Program-made: the position numbers and the translations under genes
Assembly (NCBI GenBank): GCA_023249095.1
Contig: JAHFDK010000009.1
Span: 1,595 to 65,594 of the forward strand
Direction of reading: 5' to 3'
DNA from: Candidatus Rokuibacteriota bacterium
GTDB taxonomy: Bacteria; Methylomirabilota; Methylomirabilia; Rokubacteriales; CSP1-6
DNA: 64,000 nucleotides
Shown here: positions 28,228 to 38,439 of the stretch, piece by piece
Position numbering within the stretch: position 1 is the stretch's first letter
How the letters are laid out: each line of letters starts with the position of its first letter
The notes under the pieces: model-generated
What the model saw: only the letters and a program-made list of their open reading frames with translations
Databases searched by the model: none
What the model was told of the DNA's origin: nothing

Positions 28228-28977
28228 ATGATTCAATTCTGTGGCCGCACCGATGTGGGTAGACGGCGCCAGCGGAACGAGGACAGTATCCTTGTCGGCG
28301 ACGGCATTCTCGTGGTGTGTGACGGGATGGGCGGCCACCAGGCGGGAGACGTCGCCTCACGGATCGCGGTCGACACGATCGCGGGTTTCATCAGCCGATC
28401 GGGGGCGGATCCGGACCTGACCTGGCCGTATGGCTTTGACCCGAGCCTGTCCTTCGACGCCAACCGCATCCGCACCGCGATCAAGCTCGCGAACCGCGCG
28501 ATCTTCACGAGGGCCGCGGCCGAGGACGAGTACGCGGGGATGGGGACCACGGTGGTCGCCACCCTCGTCGCCGCCGACGATGCGCGGTTCACCTACGGCC
28601 ACGTCGGGGACAGTCGCATCTATATCATCAGGGGTGGGCGCGTTCTCCAGCTGACCCGGGACGATTCCCTGGCCAACAGCGCCTGGGCCGACGCCGAGGA
28701 GTCCGGAATCGGGGCGATCATGAAGAACGTTCTCACCAAAGCCCTCGGCGTACGCGTCGAGGTGGAATTCGACGTCGCCGCCCACGATCTCCAAGCCGGC
28801 GACACGGTGCTGCTCTGCTCCGACGGGCTCACGAACATGCTCGACGATCACGCCATCCTCGAAATCGTCACACGGCATGACGGGCATCTCGAGAAGACAT
28901 GCGACCAGCTGGTCGACGGCGCCAACGCCCGGGGGGGCCGCGACAACATCAGCGCGGTCCTGCTTCGATACGAGTGA
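28228..28977 (+). CDS. pppA: PP2C-family Ser/Thr phosphatase (T6SS PppA-like)
   Basis: RQRNEDS...VCDGMGGH...GMGTT...CSDGL...RGGRDNIS are the PP2C motifs. It lies directly upstream of, and overlapping, the kinase gene at the head of the T6SS arm. Confidence 0.85.
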   Translation: MIQFCGRTDVGRRRQRNEDSILVGDGILVVCDGMGGHQAGDVASRIAVDTIAGFISRSGADPDLTWPYGFDPSLSFDANRIRTAIKLANRAIFTRAAAEDEYAGMGTTVVATLVAADDARFTYGHVGDSRIYIIRGGRVLQLTRDDSLANSAWADAEESGIGAIMKNVLTKALGVRVEVEFDVAAHDLQAGDTVLLCSDGLTNMLDDHAILEIVTRHDGHLEKTCDQLVDGANARGGRDNISAVLLRYE

Positions 28978-31700
28978 TGAACCAGCTGATCGGGAAATAT
29001 CGGATCCTCGAGCGCATCGGCCGCGGCGGCATGGGCAGCGTCTACAAGGCGCATGACCCGGTGCTCGACCGGCTGGTGGCGCTGAAGGTCATCTCGACCG
29101 AGACCGATCACGCCGACGAGCTCCGGGCCCGCTTCTTCCGCGAGGCGCAGGCCTGCGCCAAGCTGAGCCACCCTAACATCGTGACCATTTACGACCTCGG
29201 CGAGGCGGATGGGAGCCTCTTCATCGTGATGGAGCTGCTCGAGGGCGACGAGCTCCGGCAGCTCATCGCCAAGCGAGCCATCGTCCACCTCGAGGACAAG
29301 GTCCCCCTCATGGTCCAGATCTGCGAGGGGCTGGAATTCGCCCACGACAAGGGCATCGTCCACCGCGACGTCAAGCCCGCCAATATCTTCGTGCTCCGGA
29401 ACGGCCGGGTGAAGATTCTCGACTTCGGGATCGCGCACATCGCGGCGGCCCAGACCGGCCTCACCCGCGCGGGGCTCATCGTCGGTACGCTCCAGTACAT
29501 GGCGCCGGAGCGTGCGCGTGGCCACGGCAGCCATCTCTCGGATATCTTCTCGGTCGGCGCCGTCTTCTACGAGCTGCTGACCAACCGTGCGCCGTTCACG
29601 GGCGACGACCCCATCGAAATTCTGGAAAAGCTCCGGTCCCAGGATCCGCCGCGGCTGAGCGAGGTGGAGCCAACCCTGCCGCCGGAGCTCGGCACGATCC
29701 TCGAGCGCGCTCTTCAGAAGGATCCGGCGCAGCGTTTCGCGACGCTCGGGCACATGCGCGCCGAGCTCGTGCAGCTGCGACGCAGGCTCGCCGAGGACGC
29801 CGAGCGGGTCCGCCGTGACGTGCAGGCTCGGCTTCGCCGGCTCCACGAGCTCCGGGAAGCACTCGCGTCGCGGCTGGGTGGCCCGTGGGCTGACGAGACC
29901 GTGTTCGCGGTCGACGAACGGGCCTCCCTCGCCACACTCGAGCGCGTCGACCGAGATACGGCGACGCGGATCGAGCGCCTGCAAGAGCTCCTGACGCGGG
30001 CGGAGTCACTCCGGCCGGCCCTCGACCGTGGCCTCGAAGCGTTCCGCAACGGCGACTTCGAGCGGGCGGTCTCCGAGCTGGACCGGGTCGTCGGCGAGAT
30101 GCCGGAGCACGCCGGCGCCGCCGAAAGCCTGAGAGAGGCGCAGCACCACGTCGACGCGCACCGCCAGCGCCGCGAGCAACTCGAGGCGCTCATGCGGGAG
30201 GCGAGCGCGGCCTACGACGCGGCAGCGCACGCGCGGTGTCTGGAGGTGCTCGGTCGGGTGGCGGAGCACGCGTCGCCGGGAGCCGTGCCGGCCGAGGCCG
30301 AACGCCTCCGGCGCACCGCCGAGGCCGCCCTCGCGCGCGAGCAGGAGGAAGATGCATCGCGCCGCGAAGCGAACCGCCGCGCGAGCCAAGCGGCCACCGA
30401 GATGCGCGACCGGGCCGAGCACTCCCGGCGGTCCGCCAAGGCGGCCGATGCCGCCGGGGAGTTGGCCGACGCGGCCAAAAGCGTGCACGCCACTGCCGTC
30501 GACACCTCCGACGAGACGGTGTTCGTGAACACGTCGACCGTGCCGGTCAAGCACCCGGCGATGGCACCTGCCCCGGCCCCCGCGACGACGGCGCAGACCC
30601 AGGCGCCGCCGGTGTCGGTTAAGCCCAGAACGCTCAGTGCGCCGACAGCGCCCGAGCTCGAGCGCGCTCAGCCGCCCGCTCCGCTCACGGCGCCAAGAGC
30701 GTTCGGCCGGCCACGGCTCAGCGCACCAGCGCGGCGGTATCTCACGCTGTCCATGGCAGGGGGATTGGCGCTCGCCCTCATCGCGGCCGCCGTCTGGCTC
30801 GCCGGCGGTCGCGACGCCGGGCGCGCCCAGCGGGAGAACGTGGAGCAGCTGCGCGGCACGGTTCTGGCGGCGCGCGACCGAGCGATCAAGGCGGACGCGG
30901 TCGCTCTCACCCAGGCGGTCCTTTCCCGAGCGGAGGCTGCGCAAGCCGAGGGCGAACGCCTTTCGGCCGCCGGCAATCTGGCGGCCGCCACGCAAGCCTA
31001 CCAGGAGGCGGCCGAACGGTACGGCGAGGCGGAGCGACAAGGCCAGGTCAAGCGGGAGCAGCGGACCGAGGCCGACGCGGCGCGCGCAGGGATGGGCGCG
31101 GCGAAGCAGCGCGCATCGTCGGATGCCGCAGACTTCCCCCGAGCGGCGGACCTCGAGCGGAAGGGCAACGCGGCGTACGCGCAACTCTCCTTCGCGGACG
31201 CGACCACGAGCTTTCGTGCCGCCGGCGAGCTGTTCGCGAAGGCGCTCCCGGCGCCTGTGGCTCCGCCGCCACCGGCCCCAGCGGCCCCGCCGGCGCCGCC
31301 GAACCCGCGCGCCGCAATCCGGGCACTGCTGGACAACTACGTCCGCGCCTTCGAGACGAAGGACGTCGAACTGATGCGCCGCGTTCGCCCCGGCCTGACT
31401 GACGATGAGCTGCGCCGCGTGCGGGCCACCAACGAGATCAAGCGAAGTCACAAGGTCGACCTGAGGGTCTACGAGATCACCATTACCGGAGACGAGGCTG
31501 AGGCGCAGGGTCGCCGGGAGGACGTCGTCGTCCTGAGCAGTGGCCAGCGCCTGCAGACCGAGACCAAGTTCGCCATTACGCTGAAGCACGGTTCGCGCGG
31601 ATGGGTGATCAGCGAGGTTCGCGAGTCGGCCGACAAGCCGGCGGAGACACGGCCACCCGCCACCCGCGCGCCGCGGCGCCCCGACGCGGTTTCTCGATGA
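28977..31700 (+). CDS. ppkA: Transmembrane Ser/Thr protein kinase (T6SS PpkA-like) with NTF2-like C-terminal domain
   Basis: Hanks kinase motifs GRGGMGSVYKA, HRDVKPANI, DFG and APE. It has a long coiled-coil linker and one TM helix (LSMAGGLALALIAAAVWLAG). The C-terminal 110 aa or so (IRALLDNYVRAFETKDVELM...GWVISEV) look SnoaL/NTF2-like. Confidence 0.85.
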   Translation: MNQLIGKYRILERIGRGGMGSVYKAHDPVLDRLVALKVISTETDHADELRARFFREAQACAKLSHPNIVTIYDLGEADGSLFIVMELLEGDELRQLIAKRAIVHLEDKVPLMVQICEGLEFAHDKGIVHRDVKPANIFVLRNGRVKILDFGIAHIAAAQTGLTRAGLIVGTLQYMAPERARGHGSHLSDIFSVGAVFYELLTNRAPFTGDDPIEILEKLRSQDPPRLSEVEPTLPPELGTILERALQKDPAQRFATLGHMRAELVQLRRRLAEDAERVRRDVQARLRRLHELREALASRLGGPWADETVFAVDERASLATLERVDRDTATRIERLQELLTRAESLRPALDRGLEAFRNGDFERAVSELDRVVGEMPEHAGAAESLREAQHHVDAHRQRREQLEALMREASAAYDAAAHARCLEVLGRVAEHASPGAVPAEAERLRRTAEAALAREQEEDASRREANRRASQAATEMRDRAEHSRRSAKAADAAGELADAAKSVHATAVDTSDETVFVNTSTVPVKHPAMAPAPAPATTAQTQAPPVSVKPRTLSAPTAPELERAQPPAPLTAPRAFGRPRLSAPARRYLTLSMAGGLALALIAAAVWLAGGRDAGRAQRENVEQLRGTVLAARDRAIKADAVALTQAVLSRAEAAQAEGERLSAAGNLAAATQAYQEAAERYGEAERQGQVKREQRTEADAARAGMGAAKQRASSDAADFPRAADLERKGNAAYAQLSFADATTSFRAAGELFAKALPAPVAPPPPAPAAPPAPPNPRAAIRALLDNYVRAFETKDVELMRRVRPGLTDDELRRVRATNEIKRSHKVDLRVYEITITGDEAEAQGRREDVVVLSSGQRLQTETKFAITLKHGSRGWVISEVRESADKPAETRPPATRAPRRPDAVSR

Positions 31701-31790
31701 GGCGCTTGATTGGCCGGTGGGTCGGCGGTAGTCTCCTCGATGCGTCAACGGGCATGTGGTCCCTTCGGCCGCACTCCCGGGAGGACCGGC

Positions 31791-32240
31791 ATGCGATGGT
31801 CTCGTAGTCTGCTGCCACTCGCTTGCAGCCTCGCTCTCACAGTGGGTTGCGGCGGCCCCCCGCTCCTTGGGGGTGCGATCAACGCCGACCCGAGTGTCAA
31901 CCCCGACCGCGGGGGCCGCCCGTCACCCATCGTGGTGCGCGTCTACGAGCTCAAGTCGGTCGCGGCGTTCAACAGCGCGGACTTCTTCTCGCTCTTCGAC
32001 AAGGAGCAAGAGACGCTCGGCGGCGAGCTGGTCGGGCGCGAGGAGTTCCAGCTGCAGCCCGCCGAGACTCGACAGTATCGCCGGCAGCTCCAGCCGGACA
32101 CGAAGTTCATCGGTGTGGTCGGGGCGTTCCGTGACCTCGAGCAGTCGCGCTGGCGGCAGACGGTGCCGGTGCCGGCGAAGCGAAGCGCCACGCTCACGCT
32201 CGGCATCCAGGCACGAGCCATCACGCTGGCCGTGCAGTGA
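31791..32240 (+). CDS. tssJ: T6SS outer-membrane lipoprotein TssJ
   Basis: ATG 31791 follows gggagga. Lipobox LALTVGC. PSPIVVRVYELKS...FFSL... is typical of TssJ/VasD. It sits just upstream of tssK. Confidence 0.8.
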   Translation: MRWSRSLLPLACSLALTVGCGGPPLLGGAINADPSVNPDRGGRPSPIVVRVYELKSVAAFNSADFFSLFDKEQETLGGELVGREEFQLQPAETRQYRRQLQPDTKFIGVVGAFRDLEQSRWRQTVPVPAKRSATLTLGIQARAITLAVQ

Positions 32241-32247
32241 GTCAACT

Positions 32248-33591
32248 GTGAGTTGGGACAACCGAATCATCTGGTCCGAGGGGACGTTCCTCCAGCCCCA
32301 GCACTTCCAGCAACACGACCGCCACCTCGAAGCGCAGATGGAGCAGCGGACGCGGGCCTTGCGCCCGCACTCCTGGGGCTTTCTGGAGCTCGCGGTGGAC
32401 GAGTCCCTGCTCGAGCTCGGCAAGCTGGCCGTACGGAGCGCGCGGGGCGTGCTCCCGGACGGGACGCCGTTCGATTGCCCGGCCCGCGATCCACTCCCGC
32501 CGCCGCTGGATGTCCCGGCGACGCTGCGGGACGCCCTCGTCATTCTGTCTCTCCCCGTGCGGCGGCCCGGCGTCGACGAGGCCGACCTGGGCGGCGCCGG
32601 CGCGGATACCCTGGCGCGCTACGTCGCCGGAGAGCTGGAGGTCAAGGACAGCAACGCGTCGTTCGATCGGACCGCGCTGATCCAGATCGGCCGGCTGCGA
32701 CTGCAGCTCTTGAAGGAGGCGGACGTCACGGCGGCCTATACCGGCCTCGGAGTCGCCCGGGTCGTCGAACGCCGAGCCGACAACCGCGTCGTGCTCGACA
32801 CCAATGGCTACGTGCCGCCGATGTTGGACGTCGGCGCCGCCCCCTCGCTGGCCAGCCTCCTGCGGGATGTCCACGGGCTTCTGCACCAGCGCGGCGACGC
32901 GCTCGCGGCGCGAATGTCTCAGCCCGGGCCCGGGGGCGTCGGCGAGATCGCCGAATTTCTGTGGCTGGAAGTCATGAATCGCTTCGAACCGCTCTTCGCG
33001 CACCTGACGGCAACCGTCCCGCTGCACCCAGAGCGCCTGTACGCGGCGTGCCTCATGCTCGCGGGCGAGCTCTCCACGTTCACGCGCGATACCCGCCGCC
33101 CCGTTGCGTATCCCATCTACCGCCATGACGACCTGGCCGGCTCCTTCGGGCCAGTGATCGCCGACATCCGACGCTCACTGTCGATGGTGCTGGAGCGCAA
33201 CGCCATTTCCATCGAGTTGCAGGAGCGCGCCTACGGGCTGCGCGTCGCCGCCATTCCGGACAGCGACCTGATCAAAACCGCGCGCTTCGTGCTCGCCGCC
33301 AAGGCGCAGCTCCAGCCCGAACGGCTTCAGGCCAGTCTGCCGACACTCATCAAGATCGGTCCGGTCGAGCGCATCAGGGATCTGGTCAATCTCAATCTCC
33401 CGGGCATCGCGCTGCGCAGCCTGCCCGTCGCGCCGCGGCAGATCCCCTATCACGCGGGATTCCTCTACTTCGAGCTGGATCGAGGCGCCGACCTCTGGAA
33501 AGTGACCGAGCAGTCGCGGGCGCTCGCGATGCACATCGCCGGCGAGTTCCCCGGGCTGGAGCTCGAGTTCTGGGCGGTGCGCGGTGCCTGA
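32248..33591 (+). CDS. tssK: T6SS baseplate subunit TssK
   Basis: GTG start gives VSWDNRIIWSEGTFLQPQHFQQHDRH..., the hallmark TssK N-terminus. Length is about 447 aa. Confidence 0.9.
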   Translation: MSWDNRIIWSEGTFLQPQHFQQHDRHLEAQMEQRTRALRPHSWGFLELAVDESLLELGKLAVRSARGVLPDGTPFDCPARDPLPPPLDVPATLRDALVILSLPVRRPGVDEADLGGAGADTLARYVAGELEVKDSNASFDRTALIQIGRLRLQLLKEADVTAAYTGLGVARVVERRADNRVVLDTNGYVPPMLDVGAAPSLASLLRDVHGLLHQRGDALAARMSQPGPGGVGEIAEFLWLEVMNRFEPLFAHLTATVPLHPERLYAACLMLAGELSTFTRDTRRPVAYPIYRHDDLAGSFGPVIADIRRSLSMVLERNAISIELQERAYGLRVAAIPDSDLIKTARFVLAAKAQLQPERLQASLPTLIKIGPVERIRDLVNLNLPGIALRSLPVAPRQIPYHAGFLYFELDRGADLWKVTEQSRALAMHIAGEFPGLELEFWAVRGA

Positions 33592-34909
33592 CGATCCGTT
33601 CGCGGACCTGGGTCTCGACCGCACCGTCATCATGCCCGTGCCTGGCGGGCGCCCGGCGCCGGGGCGACCGGCACCGGCCGACCAACGCCAGACGCCCGCG
33701 GAGCAAGCGGAAGTGTCCGACGTCGCCTCCGTCAGCAGCGGACTCAACCCGCTCGTCGCCGCGGCGAACCGCCTGCTGAACGTCCTGCCGCAGCTGAGGT
33801 CGTCGGTGCAGCATCCGAACCCGACGGCGCTGCGTGACAGCTTCGCCCAGGGCATCCGACAGTTCGAGGCGCAAGCGAGGACGGCCGGCGTCCCGACGGA
33901 GAAGATCGTCGCCGCCCGCTACGCGCTCTGCACCCTGATCGACGAGACCGCCACCAGCACGCCCCTGGGTGCCTCAGGCGCATGGGCGCACCAGGGTCTC
34001 CTGGCGCTGTTTCACGGAGAGACCGGGGGCGGAGAGAAGTTCTTCCAGCTCCTGGCCAAGCTCGCTGAGAACCCGCAGGCCAACCTTGATCTCCTGGAGC
34101 TCATGTACGTCTGCCTCGAGTTCGGCTTCGAGGGGCGGTATCGGATCGCCGAGGGTGGCCAGCGTCAGCTCGAGGCGATCCGCCAGCGGCTCCTCATGAT
34201 CATCCGGAAGCAACGCGGGGAATACGAGCGTGACCTCTCTCCGAACTGGCATGGCGTCGCGGGTGTCGCCCAGCGGCAGCTCGGCTGGTTGCCTCTCTGG
34301 GTCATCGGGGCGGTCACGGCCCTGGCACTGCTCGGCATCTACGTCGGCTTCGACTGGAGTCTGGGCCGGGCCTCCGACAAGCTCGCAGCGGAGATCGCCA
34401 GCCTGCGCGTCGCTGCTCCCGTGGCACCCAGGGCAGCGGCGGCGCCGCGGCTGGCGACATTCCTCGCCGACGAGATCCGGCGCGGGCTCGTCAAGGTCGA
34501 CGATCACCTCGACCGGAGCGTGGTGACCATTCTGGGTGACGGGCTGTTCAAGCCCGGTGAGGCCACGGTCAGCTCCGACGATCAGTGGCTTCTCACCCGC
34601 ATCGCGGACGCCCTCAGGAGCGTGCCCGGTCAGGTCGACGTGATCGGTCACTCGGACAACGTTCCGATTCGCACGCTGCGCTTTCCGTCGAACTGGGAGC
34701 TCTCCAGGGCGCGTGCAGAGTCGGTCGCGCGGCTCCTGGCAGCCGGCGTGGGCCCCGGGCGCATACGCGCAGACGGTCGGGGGGACGCCGAGCCGGTCGC
34801 GGCGAACGACACGCCCCAGGGCCGGGCCCGGAACCGCCGCGTGGAGATCACACTCCACGTACCGGCGGGAGACAAGGCGGCGCCGGGCACGCCCCCCCGA
34901 TCGCGATGA
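33584..34909 (+). CDS. tssL: T6SS membrane-complex subunit TssL (DotU) with C-terminal OmpA/MotB peptidoglycan-binding domain
   Basis: DotU core (ARYALCTLIDE...LELMYVCLEFGFEGRYR), one TM helix, then an OmpA-like domain (GHSDNVPI...SNWELSRARAESV...NRRVEI). Confidence 0.9.
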   Translation: MPDDPFADLGLDRTVIMPVPGGRPAPGRPAPADQRQTPAEQAEVSDVASVSSGLNPLVAAANRLLNVLPQLRSSVQHPNPTALRDSFAQGIRQFEAQARTAGVPTEKIVAARYALCTLIDETATSTPLGASGAWAHQGLLALFHGETGGGEKFFQLLAKLAENPQANLDLLELMYVCLEFGFEGRYRIAEGGQRQLEAIRQRLLMIIRKQRGEYERDLSPNWHGVAGVAQRQLGWLPLWVIGAVTALALLGIYVGFDWSLGRASDKLAAEIASLRVAAPVAPRAAAAPRLATFLADEIRRGLVKVDDHLDRSVVTILGDGLFKPGEATVSSDDQWLLTRIADALRSVPGQVDVIGHSDNVPIRTLRFPSNWELSRARAESVARLLAAGVGPGRIRADGRGDAEPVAANDTPQGRARNRRVEITLHVPAGDKAAPGTPPRSR

Positions 34910-37900
34910 AGCTCGTTGGCACGATCTTCAGGCTGATCTTCAGCTACTGGGTGCTGCTCGCCATCGGAGTGCTGGCGCTGGCCCTGCTGGTCTGGTGGGG
35001 CGGCCCCACGATCTCGATCAGCAACTTCCGCCCGTTCGAATCGGAGACGGTTCGCTGGATCCAGATCGCAATCATTGCGCTGACCCCAGTCGGACGGGCG
35101 GGCTGGCGGTTCTTCAAGGCCCGGCGCGCCAACGCGGCGTTGACGAACGGCCTCCTTGCACCACCGGCGCAGGCCCGGCCCGACGCGACGGCGGGAGAGG
35201 CGGCCCAGCTCCGGCAGCGCTTCGAGGAGGCGCTGGGGCTCCTGAGAAAGCTCCGCTTCGGCACCGAGCGCCCCTCGCTCTGGGCCCGGATCCGCGGGCT
35301 CGGCTCGCAGCAGCACCTCTACAATCTGCCCTGGTACGCCTTCATCGGCGCCCCGGGCGCCGGCAAGACGACCGCACTGATCAACTCCGGGCTGCGTTTC
35401 CCGCTCGCAGACCGGCTCGGTCGTGAGGCCGTTCGCGGCGTCGGCGGCACTCGCAACTGCGATTGGTGGTTCACCGACGAGGCCGTATTCCTCGACACCG
35501 CGGGCCGGTACACCACCCAGCAGAGCGATCGCGACGTCGACGCGGCCGCCTGGAAGAGCTTCCTCCAGCTCCTCAAGAAATCCCGTCCACGCCGCCCCAT
35601 CAACGGCGTGCTGGTCACGGTCAGCGTCGGTGATCTTCTGCAGCAGTCGCCGGCGGAGCGTGAGACGCACGCCCAGGCCCTTCGCTCCCGAGTGCAGGAG
35701 CTCTACCAGGAGCTCGGCGTGCGCATTCCAGTCTACGTGCTGGTGACGAAGGGCGATCTTCTCGCCGGCTTCAGTGAGTTCTTCGCGACGCTCGGCAAGG
35801 AGGAGCGCGCGCAGGCGTGGGGCTTCTCGCTCCCCTACGGCAAGAAAGGGCTCGACCCCGCTGCGATGTCGGCCGAGCTTCAGCGTCTGGAGGGGCGCCT
35901 ATACGATCGCCTGCCCGAGCGACTCGAGGAGGAGCGGGACCCCGTGCGGCGCGCTCTCCTCTACGGCTTCCCCCAGCAGTTCGCCTTGCTGCGAGACCGT
36001 CTCGTGCAGTTCGTCGATGCCGCCTTCGCTCCCACCAGATTCGAAGCGCCGCTCCTCTTCCGCGGCGTCTACTTCACGAGCGGCACCCAGGAAGGAAGCC
36101 CCATCGACCGGGTCATGGGGGCGCTCGCGCGGGGTCTGGGCCTCGAGCGCAAGCTCCTGCCCCCGCAGCACCCGAGCGGCCGGAGCTACTTTCTCACTCG
36201 CCTGCTGCGCGAGGTCGTGTTCCCCGAGGCCGGGCTCGCCGGATTCGACCTCCGCTGGGAGCGCCGCCGCCAGTGGCTCCAGACCGGCGTCATCGCGGCG
36301 TGCGCGGTCTCGCTGATGCTCGCTACCCTGGCGTGGTGGCTCAGCGCCGCGCACAACAGGCGCTACCTCGCAGAGGTGACGGCGAAGTTCGGAGAAGTTC
36401 AGAAGCAGGTGACGGCCGTCCGCGCCGGCGCCAGGAGCGACCTTATCGCGCTCCTGCCGACGCTGACGGGCGTGCGCGGTCTCGCCGAGATCCGAGCCAC
36501 CACGGACGGCTCCGTGCCCTGGTCATGGCGCTTCGGCCTCTACCAGGGTGGCAAGCTCGAGGCCGCGAGTGGGGCCGCCTACCGCCGAATGCTCCAGGAC
36601 ACCTTCCTTCCCTCGCTCGCGACGTACCTCGAGCAGTACCTTCGCGTGGAGGCGCCCGGCAGCCTGGACGAGTCCTACGACGCGCTGAAGACCTACCTCA
36701 TGCTCTATGACCCGAAGCATCTGGATCCCGAGGCTGTGTGGCGCTGGTACCAGACGCGAGGCGACCGGCTGCTCGGCTCCGACGCGGGGCCCAAGGCCCT
36801 GAAGGTGCACTTCGACGCACTCTACGACCGGGGATGGGTTGATCCGACGGTTCCCCGAAACGACGAGCTGATTGCCCGCGTGCGGACCGTGATCGGCCGT
36901 GACTCCCTCGCGAACCGGGTCTACGGGCGACTGAAGCGGGAGCCGATCCAGGACCTCAAGGACTTCACCATCGCAGACAAGGCCGGCCCCAAGGGCATGC
37001 TGGTCTTCGAGCGGGAGAGCCGACAACCGCTCACGAAGGGTGTACCGGGCCTCTACACCAAGGACGGCTACTACCGGCACTTCACCGGGCGCGTCGAGAC
37101 GAGTACCCTCCAGCTGGCCGAGGAGGAGACGTGGGTGTTGGGCGCAGCCAGAAGCACGTTGGCGTCCACCCCTGGGTCGACCGAGGCAGTCCGGCGGCTC
37201 TATCTCGAGGACTATCGCCGCATCTGGCGGCAGTTCATCAGCGACATCACGATCATTCGCGACCGCGACCTCGCCAAGACCATCGAAATCACCCGCGTCC
37301 TGTCGGCGCCGGACACGCCGCTGAAGGCGTTGATGAAAGCCATCGAGCGCGAGACAAGCCTCTCGGCCGCCGACAAAGAGGGACTGGGGGGACTGGCCGG
37401 GAGGGCGCAGGATATGGCGAGCAGGGCGCGCCAGACCGTGACGGGCGTTCCCTTCGGCGCTCTCGAGAAGTCCCTGGTCGACGACCAGTTCGAAGACATC
37501 CGCAAGTTCGTCAGCGGCCCGGGCGGAAACGCGCCGCCGCCCATCGACGGCCTGGTCCAGCTTCTCAATGACGTCTTCCAGTGGCTGGTTGCCGCCAAGA
37601 CCGCGCTCGACACGGGTCAGTCGCTTCCGCCGACCGACACAGCGAACAAGCTCCTCGCAGAGGCCTCCCGGCAACCGGAGCCGCTTCGCTCGATGCTCGA
37701 GTCGCTGGCGAAGGGCGGCACGCGGACGACGGTCGGAAAGACGCGCGAGCGCATCGACGCCGAGCTGCGTGCGCAGGTGACTGACTTCTGCGTCAAGGCG
37801 ACCGGCGGCCGGTATCCCTTCGTCCGCAGCAGCACCCAGGACGTGACGCCCGAAGACTTCGCGCGCCTCTTCGCGCAGAGCGGCCTGCTCGAAAGCTTCT

Positions 37901-38439
37901 TCCAGAAGTATCTGGCGCCGCACGTCGATACGGGTCAGAAGCCCTGGCGCTTCAAAGATCCGGCCATGGGGCAGTCGGTGGCCCTCGCAGAGTTCCAGCG
38001 GGCGCAAGTCATCCGCGACGTCTTCTTCCGCGGTGGTGGAAGCGCTCCGAGCATCCAGCTGGAGTTCAAGCCGCTGGAGATGGACGCGTCGATCCAGCAG
38101 TTCATCCTGGACGTGGACGGAAAGCTCGTGAAATATTCCCACGGCCCCCAGGTCGCAGTCCCCGTGCAGTTCCCCGGGCCCGGAGGCCGGAGCATGGTGC
38201 GCGCGTCCATCTCGCCGGCACCGGCTTCGGGCTCGAGCGGCATCAAGTTCGAGGGGCCGTGGGCGCTCTTCAGAATGTTCGACGGCGTGCAAATCGCGGA
38301 CACCAAGCAATCGGAGCGGTTCGTCGCGACGATCAATGTCGAGGGCCGCCGCACGACCTTCGAGATCTTCGCCTCGAGCGTGCGCAATCCCTTCCGCCTG
38401 CCCGAGCTCAGCCAGTTCCGCTGCCCCACGGCCCTGTGA
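34906..38439 (+). CDS. tssM: T6SS membrane-complex subunit TssM (IcmF)
   Basis: ATG 34906 has an ATGA overlap with tssL. It has N-terminal TM helices and Walker A GAPGAGKTT. The 1177-aa length and C-terminal domain are typical of IcmF/VasK. Confidence 0.9.
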   Translation: MKLVGTIFRLIFSYWVLLAIGVLALALLVWWGGPTISISNFRPFESETVRWIQIAIIALTPVGRAGWRFFKARRANAALTNGLLAPPAQARPDATAGEAAQLRQRFEEALGLLRKLRFGTERPSLWARIRGLGSQQHLYNLPWYAFIGAPGAGKTTALINSGLRFPLADRLGREAVRGVGGTRNCDWWFTDEAVFLDTAGRYTTQQSDRDVDAAAWKSFLQLLKKSRPRRPINGVLVTVSVGDLLQQSPAERETHAQALRSRVQELYQELGVRIPVYVLVTKGDLLAGFSEFFATLGKEERAQAWGFSLPYGKKGLDPAAMSAELQRLEGRLYDRLPERLEEERDPVRRALLYGFPQQFALLRDRLVQFVDAAFAPTRFEAPLLFRGVYFTSGTQEGSPIDRVMGALARGLGLERKLLPPQHPSGRSYFLTRLLREVVFPEAGLAGFDLRWERRRQWLQTGVIAACAVSLMLATLAWWLSAAHNRRYLAEVTAKFGEVQKQVTAVRAGARSDLIALLPTLTGVRGLAEIRATTDGSVPWSWRFGLYQGGKLEAASGAAYRRMLQDTFLPSLATYLEQYLRVEAPGSLDESYDALKTYLMLYDPKHLDPEAVWRWYQTRGDRLLGSDAGPKALKVHFDALYDRGWVDPTVPRNDELIARVRTVIGRDSLANRVYGRLKREPIQDLKDFTIADKAGPKGMLVFERESRQPLTKGVPGLYTKDGYYRHFTGRVETSTLQLAEEETWVLGAARSTLASTPGSTEAVRRLYLEDYRRIWRQFISDITIIRDRDLAKTIEITRVLSAPDTPLKALMKAIERETSLSAADKEGLGGLAGRAQDMASRARQTVTGVPFGALEKSLVDDQFEDIRKFVSGPGGNAPPPIDGLVQLLNDVFQWLVAAKTALDTGQSLPPTDTANKLLAEASRQPEPLRSMLESLAKGGTRTTVGKTRERIDAELRAQVTDFCVKATGGRYPFVRSSTQDVTPEDFARLFAQSGLLESFFQKYLAPHVDTGQKPWRFKDPAMGQSVALAEFQRAQVIRDVFFRGGGSAPSIQLEFKPLEMDASIQQFILDVDGKLVKYSHGPQVAVPVQFPGPGGRSMVRASISPAPASGSSGIKFEGPWALFRMFDGVQIADTKQSERFVATINVEGRRTTFEIFASSVRNPFRLPELSQFRCPTAL

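Noticed and set aside
31701-31790. Sigma-54 type promoter (TGGCAC-N5-TTGC) upstream of tssJ. Upstream regions of pppA (28151-28227) and the tagH/255-aa divergent region (41216-41352) were checked as well.
   Set aside because: Only loose resemblances (e.g. ttggccggtgggtcggc) and no convincing -24/-12 element. I make no promoter call.
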